A DNA stretch of 61,875 bases, the filler included, from Choristocarpus tenellus KU-1152 (Eukaryota; Protista; Phaeophyceae), in assembly GCA_964200185.2 (NCBI GenBank). It is 11 parts of 11 records of this genome, joined end to end, with 100 filler letters (N's around TTAATTAATTAA, not from the genome) between each part and the next. Parts side by side here need not be neighbours in the genome. Positions count along the whole stretch, not along the records: positions 42,087 to 44,762 come from CAXNAD020025730.1; positions 44,863 to 48,946 come from CAXNAD020016306.1; positions 49,047 to 55,727 come from CAXNAD020007579.1; 8 more parts are not named here. One strand, given 5' to 3'. A program made the position numbers and the translations under genes. This document shows positions 42,430 through 55,827 of the stretch, one piece after another. The notes beneath the pieces were generated by a model. That model ran no database searches. It was not told the DNA's origin and saw nothing but the letters and a program-made list of their open reading frames with translations. How positions within the stretch are numbered: position 1 is the stretch's first letter; each line of letters starts with the position of its first letter.

Positions 42430-42770
42430 TTACAAATATGGTAGAACATCCACAACAATGAACTGGAACTTCGGCGTGGATGTGGTTTTCCATGCTGAGC
42501 CACTTGCAGACGCTGCCTCGCCTCCTTGCCAGGACAAAGGCCTCCTCCTGGATATTACCTTTCCAGAATTGCAAGCAGCCTCCCATCTTGCACACTCATC
42601 CACCAGCAATGGTGGAGCTGCTGGTGCTGCTGCTGAGTCGCTAAAACCCACGATGAGGGTTCTTTTGACCCTTGTAGTCTTAACCTCAACACCTTAGCAG
42701 TGGAGGGGTTGGGGCGCCTCGCTAAGCAAGCAGAACGTTTTTAGATGAGTTGGCTACAGACGCAGTGGGG
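42430..42770 (+). mobile_element. CRE-like RLE endonuclease fragment
   Basis: GVDVVF..DKGLLLDITFP..GAAGAAAESLK, then frameshifted HDEGSFDP..LAVEG..FLDELAT. Confidence 0.6.
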
Positions 42771-43399
42771 CGGTAATAACCAGATCCCTATATTATACTA
42801 GTGGTAATGTCAGGGACAGATCCCCTTTTTGGGATCTCCCGAAAGTGATAAAGATAATGCGTGCAGTCAATACATTTGAGCGTGCCACCTTTTGCCATTG
42901 AGGTCAGGCCAAGTGATGTGGTGTGTGTCAGACGCACGACCGGCTCGCGGTAACCCCAATATGAAATTTGGATTCAAACCAACAAAGCCCGAGATTGTGT
43001 TTTCTGTTCTGACTGGTCACAACCAATCACAGTGGAGATTGATCCACATGACGTTCTGAGGCTGTCAACATGTACCCAACATGCCTCAATCTCATCTTTA
43101 ATCTCCTTTCTGAAGCTCATATCTGGTGGCTCTCATCACCCCCAATCACACAGAACTAGTCCCCCAAACAGTGACATACATAGATAACGCTAGCCCTATC
43201 CCTAACCTCCCTTTAAAATAAAGTAATATAAGAAACGTATACAATATGTATATTGCTAAGGGGATCCGGATATTACCAGCTAACTTGCTTCCTATTTGAC
43301 TCTTTGATCTGCAACATGTCAAAAGGCATATTGATAATTGCTGTACGAACACGTGAATGAAATAGAGTTTTGGTTTTGTTTTTTTTCTGACACATATAC

Positions 43400-43820
43400 A
43401 CAATGTCGGAGGACCTAATTACAGAGTCCCTGTGATATTGGTTTGGCTTTTCCCTTTACATATCTACAAAATGTCCGAGGGCATAATAATAAAATACATT
43501 GAATTAATCATTTTAAGCTGGAGACACCAGGGAAAAGGGCAAGGAGGGACCTGTCAGGTTATTGGGATGCTTTCCTAGTTCCTCGGTCAGTTGTTTAGGG
43601 TAACCCAGGTTATAGATATAGCAGTAATGTACACATAAAATTGTAATTTCGAGCTTTTATGGGAGAGTTGTAGGATAGGTGGTACTCAAACAGTAAATTA
43701 GATTTTGGAGAGATATCTTTAATATTTACGACAACTGCTACTTTTACAGGGGTCCTTGTGATATTGGCTTGGCTTTTTCTCTGACGCACCTGTAAAATGT
43801 GAGAGGGCATCATAAATAAA
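43400..43820 (+). mobile_element. Two CRE-like 3' ends, UTR type 1 (~43400-43497 and 43510-43820)
   Basis: Both end in AAAATGT..GAGGGCAT.AT.A; the second aligns to the reverse complement of 1890-2200. Confidence 0.6.
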
Positions 43821-43849
43821 AAATTGAATTCGGTTAGTGGGTGACATGA

Positions 43850-44570
43850 TATTACCACATGGATCTAGTTTTCCATGCAGGGGCACTGGCAGACGCTGGA
43901 ACAACTCCCTACTGGGACAAAGACCTTCTGCTTGATGTTACATTTGCAGAAGTGCAGACCACCTCCCATCTTGCACACCCGATCCACCAGCAATGGCGTA
44001 GCTTCTGCTGCTGCAGCTGAGGCGCGAAAGCGCACCCACTATGAGGGCTATTTTGATCCTCGTAGTTATAACTTCAACACCTTCGCGGTGGAAAGGTTTG
44101 GGCAGCTTGGCAAGCAAGCGGAATACTTCCTGGATGAGCTGGCTACACACATGATGGGTGGGAGAGAGACAGGAGGATACAGCAGGAAAGGAACGGTTAA
44201 ATCCTGGCTACACCAAATTGTCTCAGTAACTACGCAAGTGGTACTCTCTAGACGTGTCATGCTTTTTAACCTGGAGGCACCAGGGAGATGGGCATGGAGG
44301 GGTTTGTTGGATTCTTGAGGTGCCTCCCTAGCTCCCCACCCTGAGCCACAGGAATAGGTAGATTGGAGGAGCAGGAAGTCAGTGGTACAACATAGTGAAA
44401 TAACAAATAGATGCAAAATGTCAGAGGGCATAATAATATAATAGATAAATGTTTTCACATTTGTGACATATTTTATTTATTTAGGGCTTAATCTGACATG
44501 TGAATAGTTTTCATCGGTTTTCCCCCTCACACATCTGGAAAATGTCAGAGGGCATAATAATAACAATAAT
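43850..44570 (+). mobile_element. CRE-like non-LTR retrotransposon 3' end (RLE domain plus UTR type 2)
   Basis: ORF 43875-44318 contains AAAAEARKRTHYEG.FDP..FNTFAVERFGQLGKQAEYFLDELA, the K..HY / AVE..G.LG signature of restriction-like endonuclease LINEs; UTR ends in an (AAT)-rich tail. Confidence 0.7.
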
Positions 44571-44584
44571 AAAATATCACCACA

Positions 44585-44762
44585 TTTTTATTATTATGCC
44601 CTCTGACATTTTGCAGATGTGTCAGGGGGGAAACCAATGAACTATACATATAACTATATATATACATGTCGTTATTAGCCCTACAGAAATAAAATATCAT
44701 AAACATAAGAACACAAAAAAACATTGTAAGTGTGGAAACCACTAATCAGTTACTTCACCACT
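44585..44762 (-). mobile_element. CRE-like 3' UTR type 2, inverted copy
   Basis: Reverse complement of 17395-17540. Confidence 0.65.
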
Positions 44763-44862
44763 NNNNNNNNNNNNNNNNNNNNNNNNNNNNNNNNNNNNNN
44801 NNNNNNTTAATTAATTAANNNNNNNNNNNNNNNNNNNNNNNNNNNNNNNNNNNNNNNNNNNN

Positions 44863-45038
44863 GGTCTTCCGATGTGGGGGAGGGTCTACACCAGCGTGTC
44901 CATTTGGACTATAACAAGGAAAAGTGCACTTACATTTATCCATCAGACGCATGCAACCAAATCACACAAAATCGCGACAAAAAAAATTGGTCCCAAATGG
45001 ACAGCCGCCACCCCCTCCCCCCCCAGATACTTTGAGTC
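44863..45038 (+). mobile_element. MITE family A, left end degenerate or truncated
   Basis: Body and right terminus CCAGATACTTTGAGTC. Confidence 0.8.
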
Positions 45039-45434
45039 TCTCCGTGGAAGAATCACACCAACATAGCCAGAAATTGTTTAGTAGTTGGGGCAACAGTCAG
45101 CACCTGCTTAAAGCTGTGCTTTAAGCTCATTACTTTTTTTGTAAACCATCTGATTAAGAAAGTGTTGAATGCCTCCACCCTCTTCCATAGGTGTCAGAGT
45201 AGACACTTGCCCATGTTACAAATAGTAACCATTGGAGAGGATCCTGTATTTTCCTCAGCTGTGCATAAACCTTGAAAGAATAACCCCCCCCAATAATTAT
45301 AGTCAGGAAAAAATGGTTCCTGTCTATCTAGACCTTTCAGGGTTGGTGAAATAACTCCTCAAATGTTGCTTCAAGACTTTCTACTGCTAGAAGTCTGCTG
45401 ATCTGATGCCTTGCATGATCTACTTCCTGCTACT

Positions 45435-45690
45435 GAGTGAAAGTATCTTAGAGGGTACGAGTTCTGCACTTTTTGTCCATTTGGGGCTTGGCTTCCCATG
45501 GAATCTTTTATGACATTGTCCTACTCCAAAATGTTAAGGAGTAGGTAAAGTTTGTATGTTACTAAAAGGTGTGCCCGGAACATAGATATTGACACTTCCT
45601 AACAAACACCATAGCCAAAATTTCATCAAATCGCAACATTCGATTTGACACCTAATGGACGCGGCTCTACTCTCTAAGATGCTTTGACTC
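45435..45690 (+). mobile_element. MITE family B, complete copy
   Basis: GAGTGAAAGTATCTTAGAGGGTA...CTCTAAGATGCTTTGACTC; only ACT (3 bp) duplicated. Confidence 0.85.
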
Positions 45691-45725
45691 ACTGACGTTT
45701 TCTGCCAGCCTGGTTTTCCTAGTTA

Positions 45726-45984
45726 GAGTGAAAGTATCTTAGAGGGTACGAGTTTTGCCGTGTTTGTCCATTTGGGGCTTGGCTTCCCATGGGTTTCTTT
45801 ATGGCATTTTCCTACTCCAAAATATGTCCGAGTAGGTAAAATGTATACGTATGAAAATGTGTGTCTGGAACACAAGGATATTGACACTTCCCAACAAACA
45901 TGATAGCCAAAATTACATCAAAATCACAACATTGGAGTTTGGCCCCAAATGGACGAGGCCCTACCCTCTGAGTTACTTTGACTC
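45726..45984 (+). mobile_element. MITE family B, complete copy
   Basis: 259 bp; TSD GTTA (45722-45725, 45985-45988). Confidence 0.88.
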
Positions 45985-48900
45985 GTTAGTCATTTTCTTT
46001 TTTCACCACATGTTTTCTTGTTCTTAATTTCTGGATCACCTCTTTTGATGTGACCAGAATATAGTATCATTGGTGGCAATACCCAAAGGTGTGTAGCCAA
46101 TGAAGTCTAAGCAGTACCGGTGTTTATATATTGAAGGAGCGATTGGTTGTTCCCCCTGTAGACATGGGTGTTGGTTACCTTGGGCACATTTTCCCCCTTG
46201 GCTTGAGTAGCTTCACCCGAGAACACATTGACCTCGGTGTCCTGTGAAATGAATGGTAGTGCTCACAAGGATTGTACTGACATTGTCTGCTGTGCTCAGC
46301 AGCCGCAGTCATTACCAGTCCTAGTACCAACCATAATTATTCTTCAGCCTATCGCTCAGCTTACCACTGCCTCCTAACTCCGTGTTCAAACTTCAGCAAA
46401 GCCCAAGGCTTTCAACTACTTCAATACTTCAACTCCTCAAGAATGAGCATGACCTCTCCACTTTCTGCCTTGAAGATGATGGAGTGGATGAGACAAACCC
46501 ACAGAGTGCAGAGGCCAAGGACCATCAGAAGAAACCCCTAAACCCAGGTGTCAGTGTTGGGAGAGGAGGCATCAGTAGTGGCAGTGGTAGCGACAGTCAA
46601 GGAGGTGGAAGAGGCCAGGAAACCAGAGACTGGGAAACCTTCCGGCTTGAAGAAGTTGCTGTGACTAGACACCAAGAAATGGGAGGGGGGGTGGAGGTGG
46701 CAGTAGATGAGGGGAGGGGCAGAGGGAGAAGTATATATCGAGCAATGAATGGGTATGGGCAGGAGTGGGGTATTCTGGGAAGCAAGGAACATGTGCAATA
46801 TGAGGTGCCCTCATGGGGCATAGGACAGGCTGTGATGAGTGATCCTCATCATTACGCCAGGGGGAAGGTTACTGCAGGCAACGGTGATGGGGTAGCTGGT
46901 GAAGAAGTGGAGCGTGAAGACAGAGAGGAGCACCGAGGGGAACAAGCAGGGTGGGGTGAGGAAAAGGGAGGGGGGATTGAGATGTGGGGGCATGGAGGAG
47001 GGGGGAGAGGGGAGGAACAGCACAGAGGGATTGGGGAGGGCCAAAGGATGTTGGGGAATAGGAAGGGAAATTCGCATGCTCAAGGGTTGACAGGAGTCAT
47101 TAACCTAAAGGAGGTCGATTTTGGCGAATCTCCAATCTACCGCACATCTGAGCTGCACAATGAGGTGAGAATATCATTGGGGTTTCAAGGTGATAATAGT
47201 GGAGAAGACCCATAGTATCCTAGGCTGGGAGGGGCATTTAGACTAGGTTGTCCATTCTGGACTTGATGAAGTATTGTATAACACTCTAGGTTGATTTCCA
47301 CTTTGTACTTGGTTTTCCTTCGGATTTAGTTCAGGCAGAGGGATGGAAAAGGAAGGCGTGTCCGGATAAAGGAAATTACCCTTACATCTGGCACATTCTC
47401 TCACATAATGTGAAAATCACTACGGAGTCACAAGGGACTCGAATGGGCGCCTGACACCCCCACTAGGATGCTATGCCCCAAACATATTTGCAGGAGGAAA
47501 ATCCACAACTCCTGCAGAGTCAAGGAACTACTTGAGACACTATCATCCACTTCCCTCAACCCAGCAGGATTGCTTCTTCCCTGAGGGAGAGCAAACTCTA
47601 GATGCAACTCTTAGAGATGTCTGGTCTGGGGGAAACTCTCTCGGGGAGGCAGGGTTGCCGATGGAGAAGACGTGGACAGGACCCAGCTTCACTGCTCATT
47701 GTGGAAGCCTGCCTGGAGTTGGAGCTGGGCTCCAGCAAACTCCACAGCTGTCCCCTTTGGTGACAAGCGGATGGATGGGGGGTACGGTGAAGAAAGGTGA
47801 TACACAGGTTCAGGGGTGGGGGCTAGCCCCTGGCTCATAGGAATAGTACATGGGGGCTAGATCCTTTGCCACAGAAAGGGTGAGGGGACTAATAATTCAT
47901 GAAAGGCTTAAGGAGTGAGACTTGGGAAGTTACAGTGGCTATACCTGTATTGCAACCTTTTTATTGTGAATCACTTTATCCTAATCACTCTGAGCTACCA
48001 GTGAGGCTTTGGCCCTGATATCATTCCTCCTTACCTCCTCTGATATGTATACTCCTGGGCCTATCACCACTCATCTGGACACTTCATCCAGGAGGGTTTT
48101 CGAGCACTTCTTCATCCCAACGTGAAGTTGAGCATGTCAAGTACCTTTCCACCCCCAGAGCCAGCTTGTCAATAGATCCCACCATGCAAATCACAGACAT
48201 GGCGGGAGATTTGGCAGACCAAGAATCATTTAACGGATTCACTTCACATGCTCTCAAGGTCCTCCTTGGGGGGGATAAAAATTCAGGGGTCGATGGTGGG
48301 GAGGAAGGGGGTGAAGACCTCATGAGTACCAGATCATTATCAATGGTGAGATAGCTAACCTTGGGTGTAGGAAATGCACAAACAAATCAATCTGCAGTGA
48401 ATGTACATGTAGAATAGAGCGATTTCGTATTCCTGGCATACTCTACTGTAGTGTATCATGATGCGGCAACCTATTTGGAAGAGAGGGGAGATTGCTACAA
48501 GTCAGCATGGTGTACTTCCTATTAATGTTGCTGCGCAGATCTGATATGTTTCATGTTCTAGATTCAGACAACAAGACCCTGTAGCTGGACCAAGCCCCTT
48601 GAATATACTCAGATTAGTTGGCAGTCGAATGTAAAGAAAGTATCAACTGAAACCATAACCCCCTCGTACAGTCCTGACTTAGGGTACATTGCAACTGAAG
48701 AAAGCTTTTACATACTAACCTGGTTTGTGTCTTGTGTTCTCAAAAATGCTCCATTTGAAAAAATAGGACGGATTTGATTTTTTGGGATGGGATAAGGGTA
48801 AGGGTTAGGATTAGGGAAAGTATTAGGGTTAGTAATAAAATGGACATTGTGCTTTTCAAAACTGCCCGATGTACTCCACAAGCTACACAGACACTAACCT

Positions 48901-50094
48901 TTGCCCATATGCAATCACTCTCAAAGGGTCAAAGTATCTGGGGGGANNNNNNNNNNNNNNNNNNNNNNNNNNNNNNNNNNNNNNNNNNNNTTAATTAATT
49001 AANNNNNNNNNNNNNNNNNNNNNNNNNNNNNNNNNNNNNNNNNNNNACGGTATAACGGTATATGGCATACGGCAATAACGGTATAATAACAGATAAACAT
49101 GCTTTCCACATATTGAGGAGATAGTAATATAATATATAAAATCTAGAACTTCAAGGTCAAAATGGTGTTTATGACACTATTAAGACATACCACGTTGAAG
49201 AGGATTCTCCCACTTCACAACTCATCTCGTTCTCCACTGTGAAACAGTTGGAAACTTGAAGACAGGTTCTTCATATAGAAGGGGAGTGAGAAAATCCACA
49301 AGCCAGAAATGCAAGTAACCCTTACAATATCAGTCAGGAAAAAAGTGAACAAGGAAAGTGAATGAGGGGGTGGTTGAAAGGTCCACTCAGCAACTCAATG
49401 TTGACGTCATCAGGAAGCAATGTAGATAGATAGCATAATATTATGGAGAAATAGACTCCGAGGTATAGCTTCAAAAGGAAGGGCCCTTTATAGTATATGT
49501 TGGGGGGAAGGTGGCTATCACATATACGTAGAACACGAATAGGAACATATGTGTAAAATAAAAAAATTACGTATTTACTATTTTCACTTTTGACCCTTAA
49601 CGAATGAGTGTCAAAATACATATTGATGTCACAAATAAACCCCCAACACCCAAACACTTGACACATAACAAAAGTTCTATAATGTGGCTCTATCAAGATG
49701 TATGTGGCATGCAAATTAACCTGGAGCCTGTTAGATTCTTGGGATGCTTCCTTATCTCCTCGCCCTGTGGTGCAGGGCTAAGCTAGGTTGGAGGCATAGG
49801 AGGTGAGTGGTGTAGCATAGGTGGTAGTCAAGTAGTCAATAGAGAAATGCCTTTCACATTCGCGACAACTATTTCTTTTACAGAGAAAGGTTCTTGCGAT
49901 ATTGAATTGGCGTCTCATTGTTTTTTACTGTAACATACCTGGAAAATGTTAGAGGATATAGTAACATCTATTAATATATATATTTTATTTGGAATTTCTA
50001 ATGTCTCAAAAATGGTAAAATAATATAAAACATTATAGAAATATCAATTTATATGATTTTGTAGTTGGAATTAGTATAGGATAAAACTCCTCAT

Positions 50095-50305
50095 CATCTG
50101 GGGGTCCAGGAATAGGTAGATTGGAGGCACAGGAAGGGAGTGGTATGACATGGATAGTAGTGAAATAACAAATAGATTAGTGTTTCTCACATTTGTGCAT
50201 ATTTTACTTCCTGAGGGTTTATACTGGCATGTATGTGAATAGTTTTCATTGGTTTTCCCCCTGACACATCTCCAAAATGCTAGAGAACATAATAATATAA
50301 TAAAA
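50095..50305 (+). mobile_element. CRE-like 3' UTR type 2
   Basis: Aligns to 44340-44570 and 17332-17540; shorter copy at ~52575-52710. Confidence 0.6.
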
Positions 50306-50740
50306 CATACAAGCACAGTAAATGGTAAATTGAGGCATATCCATGACGTTGCCCCTCTACTGACAATAGATAAGATCCTCTAAAACTGCCTAGTCCATGG
50401 CCGTCACTACTGAAAATGATGAAGACCGTTAGCCCCTATGTACAACCAAGTTTGAACATGACCAAGTCCATGGTTATTTACCGTTTCCACGTAGTCGGGT
50501 CGGAAACCACCCTGAAGCCATTTGGTCGACCGACAAAGAACATCCTATGTGCCTGGCTTGATGAAAAACCGTACTTCTTTTCATAATTATTATCCGTAAC
50601 CTCCTGAACGGTCTCAGACCCTGTTCCAAAATGTTTTGAAGAAGGCAATGATATCCACTGCTTGAGAAATACAATTAAGGGATGTACCCTAAAGAAGAAA
50701 TAAAGGAGGGAGAAGTAGAGAGAAGAAAAGGAAAAAATAA

Positions 50741-50999
50741 GAGTAATAGTATCTTAGAGGGTACGAGTTTTGTGCTGTTTGTCCGTTTGAGACTTGCCTT
50801 CCCATGTTTTTTTTAAATTGCATTTTCCTACTCAAAATTTTTCGGAGTAGGTACAATGTATGTGTTATGAAATGGCGTGACTGGAACAAGGATATTGATA
50901 CTTCCTAACAAATACGATAGCCAAAATTACATCAAAATCACAACGTCGGAATTTCGCCCTCGAATGGACGCGGCTCTACCCTCTGAGATACTTTGGCTC
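50741..50999 (+). mobile_element. MITE family B, complete copy
   Basis: 259 bp; TSD ATAA (50737-50740, 51000-51003). Confidence 0.88.
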
Positions 51000-51220
51000 A
51001 TAAAGGTGGAGAAATCGAGAGGAGAAAGAATACAGTGTATCTCTAAGGGTAAGGAAGATGACCCATGCGAGGGCACGAACACCCACAAAGCTTGAGTCAT
51101 GTCGGGTTCATGGTGGCCGAGAAATATCACACGCCACATGTCGCACGAAGGAAAGCAGAGGGGGAAACGGGGAAACATGTATAATCAACCCCAAAAAGAT
51201 CAATATAATGAGAAGCAACA

Positions 51221-52440
51221 TTAAGGATTCAGCAAACAGTGAGTGGTGGTGGTGGCGACGGTTGGTTGGGCTGTCGTAGCTGCTGCTTTAGCGTGTTGTA
51301 AATCAGCTATCACAGCTTCCTCGGGATGCCACTCTACCACGAAGCTTGTAATGCCGTCAGTCACACATTTGTACCACCTCAATTGTTTGGTTGTCCTTAA
51401 CATCCATCCCTTAACCACAATCCCGAACTTCTCAAGGTCATCTTTTAGACACATCCACCAGTACTTCTACTATCCACCTTGCTTTCGTTTTCCATCTGCC
51501 GGCCCCCCAAACATCAACACCTTTGAAAGTCGCTCATCCCCCTTGTTGTGGTTAACTGACCCTGTGAATAGAGGTCTCCATTTGGACACATTCGCCTCAG
51601 TTCTCTCACACCCAGTCTTCACAGAAAGGACATAATTATAGGACAGTAAGTGTGTGATTGGTGCCTTCCTGTTCGTGAAATCCGATGAATAGTAGAAACA
51701 ATTTGTGATGATGGGAGTGAAGCTTCATATAGTGGTCCTGGAGCAGTGTCCATGTCATATAATTATATACATATACAACAGAACCTCGAGTACTTTCAGC
51801 TCTGAGCATTCAGACCTTTAAGCTGAATAATGTATCTGGGGTGTCTTTGGAAATAATTCCAAGCTTTCTGGGTCCTCTGACTGATCTTGCCTGTGAGAGC
51901 AGCTCCATCATTGCTGATGATGGTGTCACCAAGCAAGGTGAACAAACTTGTCAGTCTGCTTTTAGTTCTGGCCCAGCGCCTGGATCCATGTGTATGATGT
52001 CTGCAGCCTTACAGTCATGAAGTCGAAGAAAACACTTTCTCCGTGTTCACCTCTGACATGGTCAGACAGACCGGACAACCTGGCCACCTTTACAGTCACT
52101 ATTATTATTGTCCTGACCAAACCCTTGGGTCATAGATGCAATGCCCACATTGTTAGCACAAAGCATACCCCACAGGAGCTTCTCAATTTTTCCACTCCCT
52201 ATTGCTTCTACAGCTTTGGACTGGTTGTTTGGACTGGTCTCTTTATGACAAGAAGATTCTAAGAGATGAGCGGGTCAGAGGTGAACTCCTGATTAACTGA
52301 TACGTGCACCTGGCCCTACAGTGAAGGTGCTGAGGAGCATGGATGCATGAACACACCCTTGTCGAAGAGTGTGTCCAATCTCGTTGAACCAGTCTGCACA
52401 CTCTCCATCATCCACCCAAGCGAATGCATGTCCGCCCGCA
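51221..52440 (-). mobile_element. RTE-clade LINE remnant (RT to C-terminus)
   Basis: AWVDDGECADWFN..LRQGCV (RT QG motif) and CLKDDLEKFGI..W...RW.KCV..G (RTE C-terminus). Confidence 0.7.
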
Positions 52441-54048
52441 CATTCCGTAGTAGGATTGGAGGATGATGTCCAAAACAATCTTATCAGGAAATCGCGATCT
52501 ATAGTAATAGGGTTTCTACACATTCATACATACATACATACATACATACATACCTACCTACCTACCTACCTACGTACAGGAGACAGTAGTACAACATGAT
52601 ATGAAGTAGTAAAATAGGAAATAATGAACGTTTTTCACTTTTGTGACAACTGTTACTTCATTAGTTTTTTCCCTGACATATCTACAAAATGTCAGGGGGT
52701 ATAATAATAAATGCAAGCATGGAAACACTAATAGCAATGATCACTAATAGTAGTACTTGTCAATAACTTGCGAGTGAGAACGTCGTTGACATCACCAGTA
52801 GGATTCACCGTATTAATTTACAAGGAAAGGAAAGGAATAATAACTTGGAGTCACATTCATCAACAACATTAAACCATCTATCCAAACACACCACTCATCC
52901 TCATCTACTTTTATCAGAAGACCTTTTCTAACTTTGTTGTTATTGTGTTCATATTCTTTCCCTAATATGTTTCTTCTTATGAATATCTCCAAAATTTTAA
53001 TTGACATTTTGGTTAGTATCTTACAAGAAAAATACAACTAGGACTATTCTGATCGGGTGATGGCTGAAGGGGTCTGTCGTATATCCACTGATGATCCATG
53101 TATCAGAATTTCATTTGGTAATTTTTGATTCCTTTTTTTGTTTTCTTGTTTTCGTTCTGAACATTTACAACTCTATCTTACCCGTTTTAATACTACCAAT
53201 ACTATCATCACCTTTACCCATTTCCTGTTTTTATTCAATTGATGAATGTATTATAGATAGTGAAGTGAGGTAAGGACATCTAATATTATAATATGTATTT
53301 AATATAGAGGTAGGTAGTTCTAGTGTTTGCCCCTTTTTTGTGACACCTCTGAAAATGTGAATAAGATAAAATAATAATATCCAAACACACGACATCAATT
53401 ACAAACGATGAATTTTACACTAGTGAATTGAACTGATTTATGTGGTACGTACTGAAGAGTTGATATTCTTGTCTACATGTTGACATTGAACCGGCAGATT
53501 ACGGTTTCAAAATTGTGATTGTGTAGTTGGCGAAAAACAAAAATCAAATTGTCCAAAGTTGTTGTGTCGCAAAAAAAAAGCTGAACAAGGCTTGTATCAG
53601 AACCTCATCACCCTCCCACACGCACCTCAAATTCCTCGTATGAGAACAGGTTTCTGACCAACAACCCCTGAATCGAGTCTCACTGTCACTGTCTTTTCCT
53701 GTGTATCTCTGGTGCGAGATTTGAAGGTAGATTGTTCTCTGGGAACGGCCCTCTTCTTCGATTTTGTCAGCAGCCTTGTTCAACGTGGCAGGCTGGGCTG
53801 TGAAAAGGTATGATTTCAGACTCAGGTAAAGAGTAATTGGACTCCTCCTGCACATCATATCATTATAATAAGGGGCAGATGTCACCAATGACCCTGTGTC
53901 GCTCTAGGCATCTTTGTTGTGCATTGTGCCGAATCTCAATTGTTGAATCAGTCAAGGTTTATCTCTGATCTCAACTTCCTCTACCCATGGATCAGTACAA
54001 GAGCCGAACAAGACTACGCGAGGGATCCACTGAGAGCGACGCTGAACA

Positions 54049-55331
54049 ATGTCTTGTGGGGGCATTTCTCCTTCCAAGCGACGGGATACAGACATGATGA
54101 AGCTGTGAGTGAAAGCGGCTCTCACAGGGGCTTCCAAAGTTGCCTGAATCAGATCCCTCAAAAATGGTAAGATGGTATCGCATTGGGGGCATATTTGTCC
54201 GAATATTGCCCTAATTCTGATAACCCCTAGTACCCTATCTCCCAGGCCCCACTTAACCTACTCTCATCCACTAATTCGCCGGGTACCAAGTCGTCTAACC
54301 ACTTCCTTCTACCCTTTGTCCTCTGACGATCTGATCAGAATGATGAGCGACTTCGAGGTGCACATTCCGGACGAGTCGAGCATGCATGACTTCTTGGTGG
54401 CCTTCCCTGGCCCTAAAGATAGTGAGCAGATTCTTTCGACGCTATTCCTTGGGATGTAAATGGAGGGGATGTTGAGTTTACCCGCTTTCCTCAACATGCC
54501 CCCCATCTCACCTTTCCCCCGCACCGTTTTGCATCCAACTGCAGCCCCCTACGAAGGAGGTGTGTGGAAAGTGCACGTGACACTCCCCAAGGAGTACCCT
54601 TTCAAGTCACCATCGATCGGCTTCGAGAACCGCATGTACCACCCCAATGTGGATGAGATGTCAGGTTCAGTGTGCCTGGACGTCATCAACCAAACATGGA
54701 GCCCCATGTTCGGTGAGAGCTCTTCAGGTTATTGTATCAAGTGCCTTGACGCGCTGCTCCCGTTTTCTGCGCTCATGTATCTACCCTTGGTGGATAACTG
54801 TGCCGCTTCCTCCATGTTTCAGTTCCCAAGATGTGGTCGGCGTTCATACAATAAATCAAGTTGCTTGAGCTTGAGCCGATCTTTCCTCATTGTTGTGCAC
54901 CATATCTCGAGCATGAAAGCACAACCCGCAACCTTCCAATATTCATATCGCCCTCTTATATCCTACCTTACTCCATTTCCGTCCTTACCTGTCTCTTCCC
55001 ACTTCCCTCTTGCAATCTCTTGCCCCCCTTAGACTTGGTGAACATCTTCAAAATGTTTTTGCCTCAGCTACTCCGCTACCCCAATCCAACGGATCCCTTG
55101 AATGGGGAGTCTGCATCGCTACTGATGCGCGATCCTGATGGTTATGCTGAGCGTATCAGAGAATGTGTTCGCCTGCATGCTTCAAATCCGGTCCACCTGG
55201 ATGGAAAACCTGCAAACAACAGTGATGATGAGGCAAATGGCTGCAGCCGTGATCGGACTAGGTCGTCCTCGCTCTTGGCGTCCCGCAGTAGTAGTAATAG
55301 TACTTCCGGAGGATCTGACTGCCTCATGGAG
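54049..55331 (+). CDS. UBC8: Ubiquitin-conjugating enzyme E2, UBE2H/Ubc8 type; last exon uncertain
   Basis: Exons 54049-54104, 54339-54421, 54545-54712, 55033-55331 splice in frame: [101 protein letters not shown]. Confidence 0.93.
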
Positions 55332-55827
55332 GTAAGGGTGGATTGGATGGGAAATGTTTTAATTGTGATCTGGTCGCCCCCTTCATGGTGCTAACACTAC
55401 TCATTTGATGTTTTTGATGTATGTCTATTCGCTGCACTCAAGTGATGCAATTCGGTTCACACATAACACACTCTCTTTGACTGGCCTCTAGACACAAAAG
55501 ACAGGCAGCCGCACTGGGCTGTATCCCCTTTTATCTCTCATTGCCTTTTCCCCCAATATACTTAACAGCATTTACTCCTGTATTCTTTGTCAAATGGGAA
55601 GAGAGAGTAGTGGGCATTTTTGACCCAAAGTATCTTGGGGGGGGGGGGGGAGGGGGGGGGGGAACTACAACAGAGAGCCAATTGGGACCAAAACCAGTAG
55701 AAGTGTCCTTCCATTATCAACCAAAAANNNNNNNNNNNNNNNNNNNNNNNNNNNNNNNNNNNNNNNNNNNNTTAATTAATTAANNNNNNNNNNNNNNNNN
55801 NNNNNNNNNNNNNNNNNNNNNNNNNNN

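Noticed and set aside
46382-47215. 277-aa G/E-rich ORF
   Set aside because: Low complexity, GTG start, no recognisable domain; probably the antisense of a decayed retroelement linker
53544-53888. Possible gene divergent from the E2
   Set aside because: No convincing start, splice structure or homology visible
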